Assembly (NCBI GenBank): GCA_028821455.1
Contig: JAPPGE010000045.1
Location: forward strand, 17,339 to 81,338
Source of the DNA: a bacterium
Lineage (GTDB): Bacteria; Pseudomonadota; Alphaproteobacteria; SP197
Reading direction: 5' to 3'
Length of the DNA: 64,000 nucleotides
A program made the position numbers and the translations under genes. Positions 63,995 to 64,000 of the stretch are shown piece by piece. The notes under the pieces were generated by a model. It did not search any database and was not told the DNA's origin. It worked only from the letters and a program-made list of their open reading frames with translations. Every line of letters starts with the position of its first letter. Within the stretch, counting starts at the first letter, position 1.

Positions 63995-64000
63995 CCGCAT

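Noticed and set aside
1-64000. CRISPR arrays, rRNA/tRNA genes, intact IS elements or long tandem repeats
   Set aside because: I noticed no regularly spaced direct repeats, cloverleaf-compatible segments, transposase ORFs or terminal inverted repeats on manual reading. A computational scan (tRNA, Rfam, IS and repeat finders) is still needed to exclude them.

Overview
High-GC, densely coding chromosomal segment, probably from an alphaproteobacterium judging by gene content and synteny. I support about 50 protein-coding genes. I found no rRNA, tRNA, CRISPR array or intact IS element by eye.

Layout:
- 1-4.3 kb: edge of a conjugative or mobilizable element. It holds a TrwC-type MOBF relaxase running off the window, three overlapping RHH accessory genes and an A/T-rich candidate oriT.
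- 4.3-15.9 kb: catabolic cluster (PanB-like, M24 hydrolase, Rieske ferredoxin, OYE/FAD flavoprotein, Rieske oxygenase) plus an Opp/Dpp-type ABC importer.
- 15.9-19.8 kb: visibly A/T-richer three-gene island (LAS/M15-like protein, secreted PNP/MTAN-family nucleosidase, polytopic membrane protein).
- 19.8-23.3 kb: DoeA-like M24 hydrolase, GNAT and class-III aminotransferase.
- 23.3-28.1 kb: translationally coupled Mre11/SbcD-like phosphoesterase plus a 1142-aa SMC/ABC-type ATPase. The ATPase has a membrane hairpin instead of a zinc hook and an unassigned C-terminal domain.
- 28.1-36 kb: bfr/bfd, macro-domain protein, histidine phosphatase, a coupled dpaL / PG-binding / DUF938 / M24 operon, a Rieske oxygenase and PuuD.
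- 36.1-49.4 kb: a 13-kb same-strand string of housekeeping genes with overlapping stops and starts (lptF-lptG-lptD-surA-rsmA-mutS-glnD-MATE).
- 49.4-54.4 kb: accessory insertion between lptFG and pepA-holC (VOC, HTH-2TM, CmcJ-like hypothetical, NnrU, orphan antitoxin plus decayed toxin).
- 56.4-58.0 kb: NERD (PD-(D/E)xK) nuclease fused to a compact SF1 helicase, tucked 4 nt behind holC.
- 58.1-64 kb: TMADH-like flavoprotein plus a Liv-type ABC importer.

The best candidates for an undescribed or defence-like system are the membrane-anchored SMC-like ATPase/phosphoesterase pair and the NERD-helicase fusion. The A/T-rich island and the dpaL operon are secondary candidates. All family assignments come from motif recognition by eye, with no searches run.
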